Shown: piece by piece, positions 41,880 to 56,753 of the stretch
How positions within the stretch are numbered: position 1 is the stretch's first letter
Layout of the letters: each line of letters starts with the position of its first letter
Source of the DNA: Octopus vulgaris
Lineage: Eukaryota
Length of the DNA stretch: 64,000 bases
Direction: 5' to 3'
Assembly (NCBI GenBank): GCA_951406725.2
Contig: OX597821.1
Location: 65,410,001 to 65,474,000, forward strand
Translations under genes and position numbers: made by a program
The notes under the pieces: generated by a model
What the model saw: the letters and a program-made list of their open reading frames with translations, nothing else
What the model was told of the DNA's origin: nothing
The model's database searches: none

Positions 41880-42135
41880 ATGTGCTGTTTTTTAACCGTG
41901 CTTTAATCGACTGATCGGGCAGATGGCGATTCGAAGATGGAGGTGAGTTTTACCGCCCATCTCTTGTCGCGTCTATCAACTGGGGATGCAGAGATTTGCG
42001 AAAGTCAGATATCAGCTGATAAGATACGGAAAATGTTAGACGACTGCATTAGGAAGAATCCACCGAGGCTGGATGATCTATTCTACGATTTTTACTTTTA
42101 TATTCTAGACTTGTTGACGAATATCTATTGCAACT
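41880..42135 (+). mobile_element. Degenerate Tx1/L1 ORF2 fragment
   Basis: RLSTGDAEICESQISADKIRKML...KNPPRLDDLFYDFY resembles the KSPGLDGLPYEFY region just before the RT. Confidence 0.6.
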
Positions 42136-42235
42136 AGCGGCAGAATGGAACAATTCCCGGCCCTGTATTTCGTGGTATAGTTCTGCTGTTGAGAAAGGAC
42201 TCGAAGAAAGGGATATAATTCTAGCCACGCAATTC

Positions 42236-42375
42236 TGCTAATTGAAGGCTTCGTAATTTTCGTCGAAATTTCAGGATGGGGCTTATTCTTTGCGGTTTTA
42301 TGCACGTGCTTCTTGAGATTTTTGCTTGTCATCATCATCATCGTCATCGTCGTCGTCGTCACCATCACCACCACC

Positions 42376-42470
<95 letters not shown>

Positions 42471-42498
42471 GATGATGATGATGATGATGATGATGATA

Positions 42499-42569
<71 letters not shown>

Positions 42570-42664
42570 AACAAGCAAAAATTTCAAGAAGTACGTGCAT
42601 AAAACCGCAGAGAATAAGCCCCATCCTGAAATTTCGACGAAAATTACGAAGCCTTCAATTAGCA
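42236..42664. repeat. Foldback inverted repeat: ~93-bp unique arms extended by complementary (CAT)n/(GAT)n microsatellites
   Basis: tgctaattgaaggcttcgtaattttcgtcg...ttgcttgt versus acaagcaaaa...cgacgaaaattacgaagccttcaattagca, with few mismatches. Confidence 0.9.
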
Positions 42665-43600
<936 letters not shown>

Positions 43601-43639
43601 CTCACAGTGATGATCAATGATATTCTGTCGGTTTTGTTC

Positions 43640-44225
43640 TCTGAACGTAAAAATCGCTACTCGTGCCTTCAGATATTCAATACCGATCTTATGTTTCTAG
43701 ATGTTTCCAGGAGACATACTTTCTGCAGTGTCACAAAGTTCATTGTTTCGTCGATCATAAGAAAAAATAGATATATATGTCAATATTTTCGTATATTGTA
43801 CTTAGAGATGCTCTTAAAATAGGATATATTATTATCTCCCTACACTTCCAACATATTATGATTTCCCAAATTAGGTTCAGGTATTTATCTACCTTCTCGT
43901 ATTCGTTCTCTTTCAACTTAGATGTCAATGTACAGGTTACGTCTATTTTCATAGAAGTTTTTTTCTGGTACAGCAATACCATACCTGGTCATGAGTGTTC
44001 TAGATACATGCGTGTGTGGAGTCTCCTCATGTTCCATATAAATTTCTATCTGTTAATTTTCTTCAATTTTCATTCGTCTATGTTTATACGACTTTTCTGG
44101 GTGTGTGAGTTTTACACAATCCCAGTGTATTAACTGATAAATTGTTGTCTTGTCGTCATCCTTGCTATCGTTTGTGCCAGATCTTTACACCCTAATACTA
44201 AGTGAGCTACGACCTCTTATCTCTC
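43640..44225 (-). mobile_element. Degenerate R4/Dong-like RLE fragment
   Basis: RPGMVLLYQKKTSMKIDVTC...KENEYEKVDKYLNLIWEI; adjacent to a (TAA)n array. Confidence 0.6.
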
Positions 44226-44256
44226 ACCATACAAATATATATATATATATATATAT

Positions 44257-44515
44257 ACGTGAGATAAGGGTGAAAAATTGAATATTAATTTGATTAATAT
44301 CAATTTAAATTTAAAACCAGTGGTCTAGCATATTAAAATCTGAACGTTCCGAAAATTATACGAGGATGATCACTGCGTGGACAACCCTTCTGCTAGAAAT
44401 AGATCCGCTATGGTCTAACCACTAAGAAAGGAATGTTCTGAAGAAAATTTAGCAAATGCCAGAACGTAAGCGAGCAAGACAAATGAAACGAAAAAAAATT
44501 ATAGATTAATCATAT
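44257..44515 (-). mobile_element. Probable PLE-type terminal fragment next to (TA)n
   Basis: Terminus (aagggtgaaaaattgaatattaatt...accagtggtctagcatattaaaa) resembles that of the 47505 element. Confidence 0.4.
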
Positions 44516-45002
44516 ACATGTTTCACTATCAACAGTTATGAAACTATACCTACGCAAATGTCCGTAGTACTTCAGTATGATTGTTATTGCAAATATAATT
44601 TGCAGAAGTATACCCGAGACGTCCGCATGAGATTGAACATGTATACAGTTCTACCAATTACACTTGGGGTTATTTTTCAAATTATATTTGCAATGACGAT
44701 CATACTGAAGAGCTACGGACAATTGCTTAAGTATATATATATATATGCATGTATGTATTGTGTGTGTATGTGTGTGATATATATATACATCTGTAAGGCG
44801 GAGGGAGAGCTGGCAGAATCGCTAGCACGCCGGGCAAAATTCTTTACTGCATTTCGTCCGTCTTTACATTCTCGGTTCAAATCTGCCGCGGTCGTCTTTG
44901 TCTTTCATCCTTTCTAGGTCAATAAAATATGTACCAATCGAACACTGGAGTCGATGTAATTAACTACCCCGACTCCAAACTTCTAAATTTGAAACTAATC
45001 TG

Positions 45003-45095
<93 letters not shown>

Positions 45096-45770
45096 ACATC
45101 TGTATGTCTTCTGAGCATTTGCGTCTTAAAGAACTTGACTTCGGCTGCCATTATATTGCTTTCCGTATCTTCAAACTACCTTTCCTATTGTTCTTTGCTG
45201 CTCCTCTATACTTAAATGATTCCAAGAATACTTTTGAGTGCAGTGTTGTTGGCGAAAATTCCTTGAATATTTCTCGATCATTTTTATTCTTTCAGTTTTT
45301 CATGAGATCTTCCTTTTTCTCCAGGAGTATACATTCTTTCATTTTTGTTTTAACACAGCTCTCAGTAAATTTGTCTTCTTTACTTTCTGACAGTTTTACA
45401 AATAGTGGTCTAACATTACTGCCCGATCTTCTTCGCCAAACAATCTCCTTCCACCGTCACTGTATTTCAAATACTATCTTTTAATATCCCCTTTTAATGT
45501 GAAACATATTTTACATCAACAGTAGCTTCCAAGTCTTCTTATCACTGTCGTACATAATCTGAGGTGTTTCATTTGAGGATATTTTACTGTATCGGATTAT
45601 CGCGATAACTTGTGGATTGATAACTGTGATAACATTTCTATTCTTCATGTAGAATTTTAGTGCATAAAAAGCATTCATTTCTCAAGTCTTCATCTTTTAT
45701 ACAATAAGCTTCCCAAAACTCCTACATGCAATAAAAATAATTCTTATTATTCTTATTCTTTTTATTATTA

Positions 45771-47160
45771 TTATTTGATAAAAACTCTCGGCTTATTTTG
45801 CTGGGTACGAAGGAAAGTGTCAGTTAAGACAATCTTTTGTACTTTCTGCATTGATAGTAAGCCAGGGATCGTTCTTAAATAATTTTCACTTGCCTTTTCG
45901 ATCATTCGAAATGCTCCTACAATCACTGGTATTGCAACCGTCTTGATATGCCACATCTTTTCGATTTCGATTAGCGGATCTTTATATTCTCTGAGTTTAT
46001 CAAATTCATTTGCCGAGATATTATGGTCACAGGGTCTGCTCTTGTCAATCAATAAACAGACTTTATTGCATTTGTCTTTCACAACAATATCTGGTTTATT
46101 TGCTTTGATGGTCCGGTCTGTACATACTTGGAAGTCCTAGTTACATTTTCTCCCTCAGATACAACATCAGAATGATGCTTGTACCATTTGTCAGCAGTTT
46201 AGATTTTATAATACCGACACATTATACAATGTAGATATTTGCTAAATCTGTCATGTCTTGATTTTTACTCTACAGGTGCCAAAACCTTACATCCAGCGAT
46301 TAGGTGGTCGGCGGTCTCTATCCCATCTTTGCAGTATCGGTAATTTGAGTCTACACCATTTTTCATCACATTGGCTTGACAGTTCCATTTTTCGTCACAA
46401 TGGCTTGAGCAGCCAAGAAAGATCCTTCACTCTCTGTCTTTAGCCCTGAGTTCCGTAGCCACTGATGGGTGTGCTTCTGGGCTACATCAGCTTGTTTGCT
46501 ACGGTCCACATATTTGCCATGCAGAGGCTTTTGTTCCCACCTAGCAGCCAACTGTTCAAACGCATTTTGCTTTGCTATTGATTTCACCTTCTTTGCAATT
46601 ACAGTCGCCATACTTCCATTAGGCTCTTCATGCTTTATTATGCATACACTCACTTGAAAATTTGTTGCTCTCCTTCATAACAGAATAAAGATTCTTATGT
46701 CTTTCGTGGTTTTCAACGAGCTTTAGCATCTAGTCGTTAGATATTTCAAGATATTTTGCCAGTCCAATTACGGTGGTTTTGTAAGAGATATCAAATTGGA
46801 TCAGGCCTCGACCTCCTTGAGCTCTGGGTAGCTAAAGACGATCTGTGGCTGCCTTTGGGTGGTGCGTCTTATTGCAAGTCAGTAGCTTACAGATTTTTCC
46901 TGTCAATTTTCCTTATTTCGCTCATTTTCCAGTTCAAAACATTGAAACTGTAAATAACAACCAGAACTCCAAAGGAATTTATCGTCAACACCTTGTTACG
47001 TGCATTTAACTCGGATTTTAGAACTACTCGATCTCTCCTGTAACATTCTTCCTGATCTTCTCCATCATGCTTGCATGCTGAATGCCTGGGTCCTGCTTTA
47101 TTCCGAGGTATTTGTAAGTTTGTTCCTGCTCGAGTTCTTGTATGACTGTGTCAACATCCC
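45771..47160 (-). mobile_element. R4/Dong-like LINE 3' 1.4 kb (post-RT region to RLE), disrupted
   Basis: WEQKPLHGKY...THQWLRNSGLKTESEGSFLAAQ; KANKPDIVVKDKCNKVCLLID...EFDKLREYKDPLIEIEKMWHIKTVAIPVIVGA. Confidence 0.85.
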
Positions 47161-47249
47161 ATTATTATTTTTATTGTTGTTGTTGTTGTTATTGATTTTA
47201 CTAAGGTTCATTCTTATTCCCGACAGAATTTATGCGGGTAGCGGGCTAA

Positions 47250-47469
47250 TATCTTTTATTCTTTTATTTGTTTCAGTCATTTGACTGCGGTCATACTGAA
47301 ACACCGCCTTTAGTTGCGCAAATCGACCTTATGGCTTATTCTTTGCAAGCCTAGTACTTATTCTATCGGTCCCTCTTGCCGAACCGCTAAGTGACGGGGA
47401 CGTAAACACACCAGCATCGGTTGTTAAGCGACGTTGGGGGAACAAACACAGACACACAAACATATACAC

Positions 47470-47500
<31 letters not shown>

Positions 47501-48035
47501 TATATTGTCAATAATAAAAGGGTAAAAATTAATTAATTATTAATTATCAATTTTACCAAGTAGTGTTCAGTATGTAAAAAGACCATTTACGGTATATTTA
47601 AAACATTACGTTATATAATTAGGGTTCAGTAAAATAATTTACTTTACCAAACACCGAACTTTTAGAAATAGCAGCCAAAAAGTTTTAGCTATTTCCTCTA
47701 CTATAAGAAAGGTCTCCCAGACAATGTATACTCAAAAATAATTCACGCAGGTATAGAGGGAAAAATAACGAAAGATCACACGTACATCGATTACTTGAGA
47801 ACGCCGTTTCTGGATTAGTTGGATATAGAGATCAGCCCAATATTTCTTTAGGTTTGGATATATATACATATATACGACGGGCTTCTTTCAGTTTCCGCCT
47901 ACCAAATCCACTCACAAGGCTTTGGTGGACCCGAGACTATAGTAGAAGACACTTGTCCAAGATGCCTCGCAGTGGGACTGAACACGGAACCATGTGGCTG
48001 GTAAGCAAGCTACTTACCACACAGTCACTCCTGCA
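47250..48035 (-). mobile_element. SINE family B with a nested insertion at 47505-47858
   Basis: Tail half at 47250-47460 and head half at 47870-48035. Confidence 0.8.
47505..47858 (-). mobile_element. PLE-type terminal fragment with the 3' half of a hammerhead
   Basis: Inserted in (TA)n; minus strand ...atcca-GAAAC-GGC-GTT-ctcaag at 47799-47810; the CUGANGA half is missing by truncation. Confidence 0.45.
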
Positions 48036-48703
48036 ACTTTAGTTATCCACATGCTTTCAGTTATCTTTCAAGTACTTTAAAACCCTCTTGATAATCTTTC
48101 CCGTCTCTAAGAGGCAAACTTTCACTCGAAGCCCTACAAGACATTCGATTTCCAATCTTCTTCGACTATTTGTTTATACCTTTATCCACAGTTTCCAATG
48201 CACCAATTATTACAGGTACAGCTTTTACAGCTTTCATACTCCAATTTCTTTCTCCCCCTCCCCCTCCTCCTCCTCTTCATCAACATCATCACCACCACCA
48301 CCACCACCACCACCATCATCATCATTATCATCATCATCATCATCATCATCGTAATCATCATCATCATCATCGTAATCATCATCATCATCATCATCGTCGT
48401 CGTCGTCATCATCACCACCACCACCATCATCATCTTCATCATCATGCAAATGTGTCTATTCTTATTTGTGGTGAATTATAATTATTTCATTACTATAATA
48501 AGTAGACTTGCCTTTTGTATCGAATAATTTCACGTTTCTTTGTAAACGCAAACATGCACACACTCGCACTTATAACTGTGTGTATACACACATGCGCTCG
48601 CATGTACACACACGTGTCTACATATGTATATGTATGTACATATTCATGTATCCACGTATGAATATATGTATAAACACACACACACATACACACACACACA
48701 GCT

Positions 48704-48734
<31 letters not shown>

Positions 48735-48901
48735 CGGCAAGAAGAAAATGGAGGGGATACAGAAATAGTATACATCAACTGTTAGACATTATATTATGTC
48801 TATTTATTTATTCTAAAACATTTATGAGAATATTTATACATATGTAAAGTCTGTGTATTACATACATACGTACCAGTAATTCATAGAATAGAAAAAGAAC
48901 A

Positions 48902-48974
<73 letters not shown>

Positions 48975-49989
48975 ATATACATATGTGTGTATGTATGTGT
49001 GTATGTATGTATGTATGTATGCATGTATGTATGTATGTATGTATGTATGTATGTATGTATGTATGTATGTATGTATGTATGTATGTATGTATGTATGTAT
49101 GTTGGTAGGTGTTTATGTGTCCGCGCGAATTCGCGTGTGTGTTCATGTGTCCATTATCGGGTTATCGACCTTTACTAACTTCTCAGAATAGAAGTGCAAC
49201 GTGATTTGTGGTTTTGTTTGCCCTTATGCAAGAGATTAACGGGTGCCAGTGAAAAAGTGACAGACGATAATCGAAATCGGGTTAAAGTGCCTTTTTACTG
49301 ACTGCTTCTCGAATAATCCAAGGCAACGATTTTGGCAGATTAACGAGAGCCTCGTATAGAGTGTTTGTGCACTGATTTCAATTTCCACCAAGGTAAACTT
49401 TGTCTTTCATTCTTTTGGGGTCTATAAATAAAAGCGTTTCCCAGGACTGTTCGATTCTTATCTACCTCTGATACATACTTTGTGTTTATGTTTCTCTCTC
49501 TCTCATTCTCTCTTTCTCCCTCTCTCTCTCCCTCTCTCTCTCTCTCTCTGGCTTACTCTCTCTCTCTCTCTCTTGCAGTCTCTTCTACGTTTTCTATTGT
49601 TCCTGCTATTTATAACTCCATCCTTGTTTCACTGTGTCATGCTCATTGCGCTTGAGAATTGTATTAAGGGAACAAATGTCTCTGGAATACTCAGCTACTG
49701 TCTAAATGTTAATTTCTCGAGTAGGAATTCAACTGATTTATCATCGTCGAGACTGACAAAGAATTTAATCGAAGCTAAGCTACGGTGTATGCAGTCCTCA
49801 CAATGATTTACTTGTCTTCAGCAAACTTCTGGTAATTTTTCATATTAGGGTACGATTCGCAGTTATGAAATTTCTTTCTGTACGTTATTTCTTTCTAAAT
49901 GGTATCTGGTTCCAAATGAGATTCAAAACAGATGTGAAACCGGTTGGGTAGAACAACAACAATAACAACAATAACAATCTTTAAATGAA

Positions 49990-50148
49990 GCACCAGTTGA
50001 ATGCGTAACTATTACTTATTTCATTGACCCTGAAAGGATGAAAGGCAAAGACGACCTCGGCAGAATTTGAACTCAGAACTTAGCGGCAGAAGAAATACCG
50101 CCAAGCATTTCGACCGGCGTGCTAACGATTCTGCCAGCTCACCGCCTC

Positions 50149-50184
<36 letters not shown>

Positions 50185-50350
50185 CCTGATGATGATGATG
50201 ATTATAACAGTCCTTTCTAGTATAGGCACAAGCCCTGAAATTTGGGGGAGGGGGATTGTCGATTGCATCGGCCCCAGTACTCAACTGGTACTTAAATTGT
50301 CGACCCCGAAATGACGAAAGGCAATATCGACCTCGGCAGAATTTCAACTC
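49990..50350 (-). mobile_element. Two SINE family C copies
   Basis: Conserved domain and head. Confidence 0.75.
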
Positions 50351-50478
50351 ACATAATAAGGATAATAATGATGATAATGATGATGATGATGATGATCATG
50401 ACGATGGTGATGATTATGATGATGATGAGGAGGAGGAGGAGAAGGAGGATGAGGATGAGGATGAGGATGATGATGATG

Positions 50479-50668
<190 letters not shown>

Positions 50669-51040
50669 TAATAATAATGATAATGACAACAGCAACAACA
50701 AATCACCAACTCGCTCTTTGCTTTGTGTTCAAAGCACATATATATCTACAGCGGCTCAAGCTGAGCTTCAACGGCATGAATCATACCAGCCTGCGTGGAA
50801 GTTGAGGCTAGTTGAAATACACCCTTTCCATCGGTTTAGTCTCCCCTCTTCTTCTTCTTTCCATTCTGAATGCCTTGCAAAATAACTTTAGGAAAACCAT
50901 GCAACATTTATGCTGTTTCTGTTGCTTCGCTCAAGTTCATCGCTCATCGAGTAGGACTTATTTAGAGGTTCTCAAACATCTTTATTTTTCGTTTCGACGT
51001 TGATTCTGGCTTCATTCGAATGGACTCTTGTAGCGATTTG

Positions 51041-51241
51041 ACAGGACTGGCTGTATGGTAAGTGGCTCGCTTACCAACCACTTCTGGATTCAGTTCCATT
51101 GCGTGGCACCTTGGGCAAGTGCTTCCTACTATAGCCTCGGGCCGACCAAAACCTTGTGAGTGGATTTGGTAGACGGAAACTAAAAGAAGCCCGTCATATA
51201 TATATGTATACATATATATATATATATGTATGTATGTATAC

Positions 51242-51320
<79 letters not shown>

Positions 51321-51495
51321 TGTGTGTATGACAACCGATGCCGGTGTGTTTATGTCCCCGTAACTTAGTGGTTCGACAAACGAGAGGGATAGAATAAACA
51401 CTAGGCTTACAAAGAATAAGACCTCGGGTTGATTTCTTCGACTAAAGGCGCTGCTCCAGCATGGCCGCAGACAAAGGACTGAAACAAATGAAAGA
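51041..51495 (+). mobile_element. SINE family B
   Basis: Full head-body-microsatellite-tail layout. Confidence 0.85.
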
Positions 51496-51529
51496 AAAAA
51501 TAGGAAAAAAATTAAATATTACTCATTTG

Positions 51530-51932
51530 CTCTTTTACTTGTTTCAGTCATTTGAGTGTGGCCATGTTGGAACACCGCCTTTAGTCGAGCAAATCGACCC
51601 CAGGGCTTATTCTTTGCAAGCCTAGTAATTATTCTGTCGGACTCTTTTGTCGAGCCCGTAAGTTACGGGGACGTAAACACACCAATATCGGTTGTCAAGC
51701 GATGTTGTGTGGGGGGGACACGGAGACACAAACATATACACACATACATACATATACATATACATATATACGACGGGCTTCTTTCAGTTTCCGTCTACCA
51801 AATCCACTCACAAGGCTTTGGTTGGCCCAAGGCTATAGTAGAAGACACTTGCCCAAGGTGCCACGCAGTCGGAATGAATCTCGAACCATGTGGTTAGTAA
51901 GCAAGCTACTTACCACACAGCCACTCCTGCAC
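51530..51932 (-). mobile_element. SINE family B (inverted relative to its neighbour)
   Basis: Full copy in the opposite orientation. Confidence 0.85.
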
Positions 51933-53370
51933 CTATTATTAGGAAGTTTATAGCAAAATATTGTTAGAATAGTTTGTGTATTGTGGAAGTATAACCAATA
52001 TATTGCTTTTAAATGTTAACGCCAAAAAACTTATATGAACCCCTAAGTTTCATATGGACCTTAGTTGAGAACCACTGGATTTGGTCTTTGATAAAACGTG
52101 TTCTAGTTGTGACTAACTCGTTTGGTTTCTCTATTTACTGTGAAAGGAGGAACGTATTATAGAACGTGTCTGTTTTTTGTAAGATGGCAGCCTATGATTT
52201 AAGGGAAATTTCTATCATCTCAGGCAACCAGGTAGAAGGATCAACCCTCCTGCTGGTTCGATAGATAACGTTTTCACTCATATATAATGGGGAAGAAATT
52301 CTCTGAGGATTAAGGCTAAATATGAGCTTTTATGAAGAGAGGAAAAGAGTGAAATAGGCCATAGGTAAGGGATTAAAATCGAAAGAGACAGAGAGGGAGA
52401 GAGAGACAGATAGAGAGAAAGAAAGTAAGAGGGGAAAGAGGCAGAGAAAGAAAGAATTAGAACGATAGAAAGTGATAAGAGAATGAGAAAAAGAGAGATA
52501 GAGAGAATGGAAGAGAGAGAATAAGAGAGAGAAAGAAAGAAAGGTGAATAAAAAGGACAGATACAAAGAGAGAGTGAGAGAAGAGAGAGCGAGGGGAAGA
52601 TTAAAAGAGTAAAAGATGGAGAGTTACATATCCAGATCAGAAGTTCCCGATTTGAAGGATAAGTGGAGAGATATTGAAATGAATCTGAGGGGATTCACCG
52701 TTTTGTTAGGTAGAACTCTGGAATTGAATTAAAAATTGAGGAATCCGTTTCATTTAGGAACGAACCAAAAGATAAGAAACAGAAATAAAAACCAACCAAC
52801 ACACAAACCACTACAAAAAAAAAAGAAAAAGAAAAATACAAAACAAAAATAAAGAAAACGACGTGTTCAAAGTTAAAAGGATATGTTTTTCTGAACGGTA
52901 TATGGTTATTTCCCTTTGCAATCGGTCTCACGTAGGGGAGGAGGAAAACTAGATTACGTAAGGCTGGAGTGTATGTATTCTCTGAAAGTGGTCGGTTGTC
53001 ACAAAACGCATTTCATAATCATTACTGCTCCTGCTGCCGCTGCTGCTGCTGCTACTGCTGACGCTACTGCTGCTGCTACAGGTTGTGATGACGATTGTAA
53101 TATCGTTGTTGTAGTTGTGGTTGTTTTTGTGTTAATGAAAAGACGTAGTTCTCGTAAAATTCAAAGGTGTATGACAATGAAAATGATAATAGTATAAGAA
53201 GATCAAAAACGTGATACGAAGATAAATGAATCGAAATCTTAAGAAAGGCCTGCAATCGTCATCGTCGCCATCTTAACCATTGTCATTCATCATCGTCATC
53301 ATGATCATCATCATCATCACACATCCATTACCACCACCACCACCACCGCCGCCGCCGCCGCTGTCACCGA

Positions 53371-53447
<77 letters not shown>

Positions 53448-53577
53448 TGGCGCTGTTGTATACTTCCCTACACATTTTGTAACCCTTTCTGCATGACAAG
53501 TTATGTTTGGGCCTTGTGACCAATAATGAAAGGATTATTATTATTATCAGTATTAATATTATTGTTATTATCAATAT

Positions 53578-53642
<65 letters not shown>

Positions 53643-54171
53643 AATAAGTAAGTAATATGTTAAAGGTAAACGTAAAGGCGGGGAAAGAATGAAAAGTTTT
53701 GCGCTCGCGTCACGGCGATGAAATATCAAAATAAATGAATGGATGAATAAATAAAATAAAATAAAATGAAATTAAAAAAAAAAATGAAAAAAATAAGGTT
53801 TTTCTGTATAAATTATTGAAGTCAAGAAGATAATGAAATATATGTTGGTGAGGGGTGGCGGATGGGAGAATGGAGAGAAAAAGGAAAGAAGAAACGAAGA
53901 GATAACGTGAGAGAGATATCTTTTATTACCTATCTTCGTGCGGCTTTCTCTTTGTTCTGATGGTTAAGAATAATGGTTCTTTGACTGCAATTAACAACGC
54001 CTAGTACTGAAAGGCTAAAACATAGCATTGACACGATATGCCAAATTCTTTCAGGCAAGCAACACAGGAATAAAAGCAAAGACGAAACGGTAAAGGTACG
54101 TATGTGTTTGTATTGTGTGTATTTCAGTGCGTTTGTAGGTGTGTACGTATGTCTCTGTTTTGGGATTTCGG

Positions 54172-54219
<48 letters not shown>

Positions 54220-54558
54220 AATGGAGCTAAGTCAGTTGAAGTTGTACTTCAGTATTGTCTACTGACTTCTCGAAAAACTGGCTTTGATGTTGTCGCTATA
54301 CGTGATTAACTTAAGCACCTGTAGAACGATGAAAACTGTCCGGCTACGTGTACATGAATATGTATTATTTTCGTATTATGGATGTATGTAAATGTGTGTA
54401 TGCATGTATACGTATATAAGTATGTGTGTGTATGTATGTATGTATGAAAGAACGACCAGAATGTGTAGGTGTTTGAATGCATCTCTGTGGATATATGAAT
54501 GGGTGGAAACGTGGACGCATATATGTATGTTTATATACATACATACATACACACACAT

Positions 54559-54625
<67 letters not shown>

Positions 54626-54836
54626 TAGATAGATAGATAAACAGATACATAGATAGATAGATAGATAGATAGAGGCAGAGAGAGGGAGGGAGAGAGTGAG
54701 AGAAATAGATAAATACATACATATATATATATACACATATATATATGTCTTTGTGTATATATATGTGTACATGTGTGTGTGTGTATATGTGTATATGTGT
54801 ATGCATATATTTGTATAAATGTATATATTTTAAACG

Positions 54837-54905
<69 letters not shown>

Positions 54906-55031
54906 CATACATATATACATATATGTGTGTTTCTGCGCGCGCGTATATTTGATTGTTTGTATAAATATATATACGGGTCTATAGATATTTGCATGTATAT
55001 ATATGTATAATTGTATGTGTATAGATACGCA

Positions 55032-55128
<97 letters not shown>

Positions 55129-55374
55129 TAGTATACATACACCTTTGCGTGTATTTATATTAATGTATGTATCATTCATAAATCAAGAAATATGTATATA
55201 TATGCACATGTTCGCAATCATACATACATACATACATACATACATACATACATACATACATACATACATACATACATACATACATACATACATACATACA
55301 TACATACATACATACATACATACATACATACATACATACATACGTACGTACGCACGCACGTACGTATTTTGTGG

Positions 55375-56505
55375 CATTCTGTCGGTTACGATCAATGGAA
55401 CAGCCTGCTCGTGAAATTAAAGTGCAAGTGGCTGAGCACCCCACAGACACGTATAGCCTGAGCACTCCACAGACCCATCTCCTCGGGGAGATTCAGTATG
55501 ACACAGAGTGTGATAAGGCTGGCCCCTTTGAAATACAGGTACAACAAAAACAGGAAGGAAGAGCGAGAGAAAGTTGTGGTAAAAGAGTACAGCAGGGTTC
55601 GCCAGCACCCCTTACGGGAGCTTCGTGGAGCTTTAGGTGTTTTCGCTCAATAAACACTCACAACGTCCAGTCTGGGAATCGAAACCACGATCCTACGACC
55701 GCGAGTCTGCTGCCCTAACTATTGGGCCATTACGCCGTCACACATACGTATACATACATGTATAAGCATAAATGTGAAGGCGCGTGGCTTAGTGGTTAGG
55801 GCATTCGGCTCACGATTGTAAAGTCGTGATTTCAATTCCCGGCGACGCGTTGTATCCTTGAGCAAGGCACATTATTTCATGTTGCTCCAGTCCACTCAGC
55901 CAGCAAAAATGAGTAGTACCTGTATTTCAAGAGCCATCCCTGACACACTCTGTGTCACGATGAATCTCTTTGAGAACTGCGTTAAGGTACACGAGACTGT
56001 GGAGTGCTCAGCCACTTGCACGTTAATTTCACGTGCAAGCTGTTCCGTTGATTGTATCAGCTAAGACCCTCTTCGTCATAACCAACGCAGGCGCAATGGC
56101 CCAGTGGTGGAGGCACGATGCCCAATAGTTAGGGCAGCGGACTCGCAGTCGTTGGATCGCGGTTTCAATTCCCAGACCAGGCATTGTGAGTGTTTATTGA
56201 GCGAAAACACCTAAAACCCCATCAGGCTCCGGCAGGCGGTGTCGGCGAACTCTGCTGGACTCTTTCACCACCACTTTCACTCTTTCTTCCAGTTTCTCTT
56301 GTACCTGTACTTCAAAGGGGTTTGCCTTGTCACACTCAGTATCATCCTTGACACACTCTGTGTCACGTTGAATCTCTTTGAGAACTACGTTAAGGGTACA
56401 CGTGTCTGTGGAGTGGTCAGCCACTTGCACGTTAATTTCACGAGCAAGCTGTTCCGTTGATCGAAACAACTGGAACCCTCGTCGTCGTAACCGACGGAGT
56501 GCCAC
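55375..56505. mobile_element. Cluster of three tRNA(Arg)-type SINEs (55375-55740 -, 55779-56085 +, 56087-56505 +)
   Basis: Family A heads and the shared tail cagccacttgcacgttaatttcacgagc; the middle copy has the CORE-like ccttgagcaaggcac. Confidence 0.8.
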
Positions 56506-56704
56506 GAATCATATATATACGCACACAAACCTGTGCGTATGCCTGTAGGTGTGGCCGTACATCTGTATGTTCCTGTAGTTATGTGTTTCAGCATATGAAT
56601 GAATGAAAATATTTATATATGCGCAGGTGTGCGTTCATACACACACACATACATATTTACAAGCTTACATACATGTGAAAACGCATATGAAGTTATGCAC
56701 AGGC

Positions 56705-56753
<49 letters not shown>

